From Eledone cirrhosa (Eukaryota), in the NCBI GenBank assembly GCA_964016885.1, contig OZ024746.1, forward strand, positions 47,926,001 to 47,990,000: a stretch of DNA of 64,000 nt, in the 5' to 3' direction. The notes beneath the pieces were generated by a model. That model made no database searches, was not told the origin of the DNA, and saw only the letters and a list, made by a program, of their open reading frames with translations. The translations under genes were made by a program, and so were the position numbers. The first letter of the stretch is position 1, and the number at the start of each line of letters is the position of its first letter. Positions 62,468-64,000 of the stretch are shown in pieces.

Positions 62468-62919
62468 GCTCACGAAGGCTTTTAATAAACGTAATTTGAT
62501 TGGTTATAAATGAAATTATGACTCACGTGGACAAGTTTTCATTAAATTTTCGCACCCTTATTTGGAAACCTATTCTGTAGCCTTTTTAGAGAGTTTTATG
62601 ACAAGTAAAAGATAATGGTCAAAAGAAATTGGATGGGAGAATTGTTCTGGTTCAGTGAATATGGTTAGTTCGCTGGGGTGTCAGAATTCAGATTTTCTAT
62701 TGAATAAAGAAAGTAAAGATATGTATGTTTATTTGTGTGCTTGTGTGTGTGTGTTTGAATTTCTTTTTACTTACAAAAAAAGATGCTCACGAAGGCTTTT
62801 TTTAAAAAACGTAATTTGATTGGTTATAAATGAAATTATGTGTCACATGAACAATTTTACATTAAATTTTTGCGCTCTAATTTGGAAATCTATTCTGTAG
62901 CCTTTTTAGAGAATTTTAT
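62468..62919. repeat. ~130-bp diverged direct repeat with CCAAT motifs
   Basis: GCTCACGAAGGCTTTT...CGTAATTTGATTGGTTATAAATGAAATTATG...TATTCTGTAGCCTTTTTAGAGA occurs at 62468-62599 and 62785-62919. Confidence 0.8.
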
Positions 62920-63030
62920 ATATATATACATACATACATATACATACATGTATATACATACATACATACATACATACATATACATACATATACATACATA
63001 TATATATATACATACATATACATAAATACA

Positions 63031-63061
<31 letters not shown>

Positions 63062-63135
63062 ATACATACATATATATATATATACATACATATATATATA
63101 TATATATACATATATACATATATATATATATATAC

Positions 63136-63322
<187 letters not shown>

Positions 63323-63556
63323 CATACATATATATACATATATATATGTATATACATACATATATATACATATATATGTATATACATACATATATATACA
63401 TATATATACATATATATATATGTATATACATACATATATATACATATATATGTATATACATACATATATATACATATATATATGTATATACATACATATA
63501 TATACATATATATACATACATATATATACATATATATACATATATATATATATATA

Positions 63557-63618
63557 TGGTGGCTGCCAACTCGTTTTCGAGTACGGCCACTACTTTATAT
63601 CCATGTAGGAGAACCCCT
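63557..63618 (-). mobile_element. Non-autonomous RTE-derived element, copy 8 (62-bp 3' end only)
   Basis: Same fixed end, severely 5'-truncated. Confidence 0.85.
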
Positions 63619-63652
<34 letters not shown>

Positions 63653-63762
63653 CATATATATATATACATATGTATATATATATATACATACATATATATA
63701 CTTACATATACATACATACATATACATACATACATATATATACATACATATACATATGTATA

Positions 63763-63856
<94 letters not shown>

Positions 63857-63863
63857 CATATAT

Positions 63864-63924
<61 letters not shown>

Positions 63925-63984
63925 CATATATATACATATATATACATGTATATATATATATATATACATACATGTATATATATA

Positions 63985-64000
63985 TGTCAGGTCACCACTT
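63985..64000 (+). mobile_element. Probable 5' start of a ninth copy in the opposite orientation
   Basis: TGTCAGGTCACCACTT matches the 5' end of copy 2 (TGTCAGGTCACCAGTT) at 15 of 16 positions. It is cut by the window edge. Confidence 0.6.

Overview
Eukaryotic, very AT-rich animal DNA. The SINE/LINE repertoire resembles that of an octopus or other cephalopod (inference only). The only host coding sequence I can support is one 159-nt minus-strand exon (3141-3299) of a Na+/Ca2+ exchanger (NCX/SLC8, alpha-2 repeat), so the rest is probably intron, with over 60 kb on the upstream side. More than half of the window is interrupted (TA)n/(TACA)n microsatellite, which explains all the long Y/I/H/T/M/C/V ORFs. 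Embedded in it are three RTE LINE copies, two CR1-type LINE families, a Penelope-like element with ~840-bp inverted ends, tRNA-derived SINEs, a pogo/Tigger relic and nine copies or fragments of a ~640-bp non-autonomous RTE-derived element whose 3' end is always fused to (TA)n. The main finding from manual reading is a set of minimal type I hammerhead ribozyme motifs with palindromic helix III. Several carry a U3-A8 core variant, and they include a ~560-bp hammerhead-bearing tandem array (retrozyme/pLTR-like). Also notable are a window-wide strand bias of microsatellite interruptions (A>G on the host sense strand) and tandem pseudoknot-like modules shared by the RTE and SINE 3' ends. All structures were folded by eye and no database searches were run.
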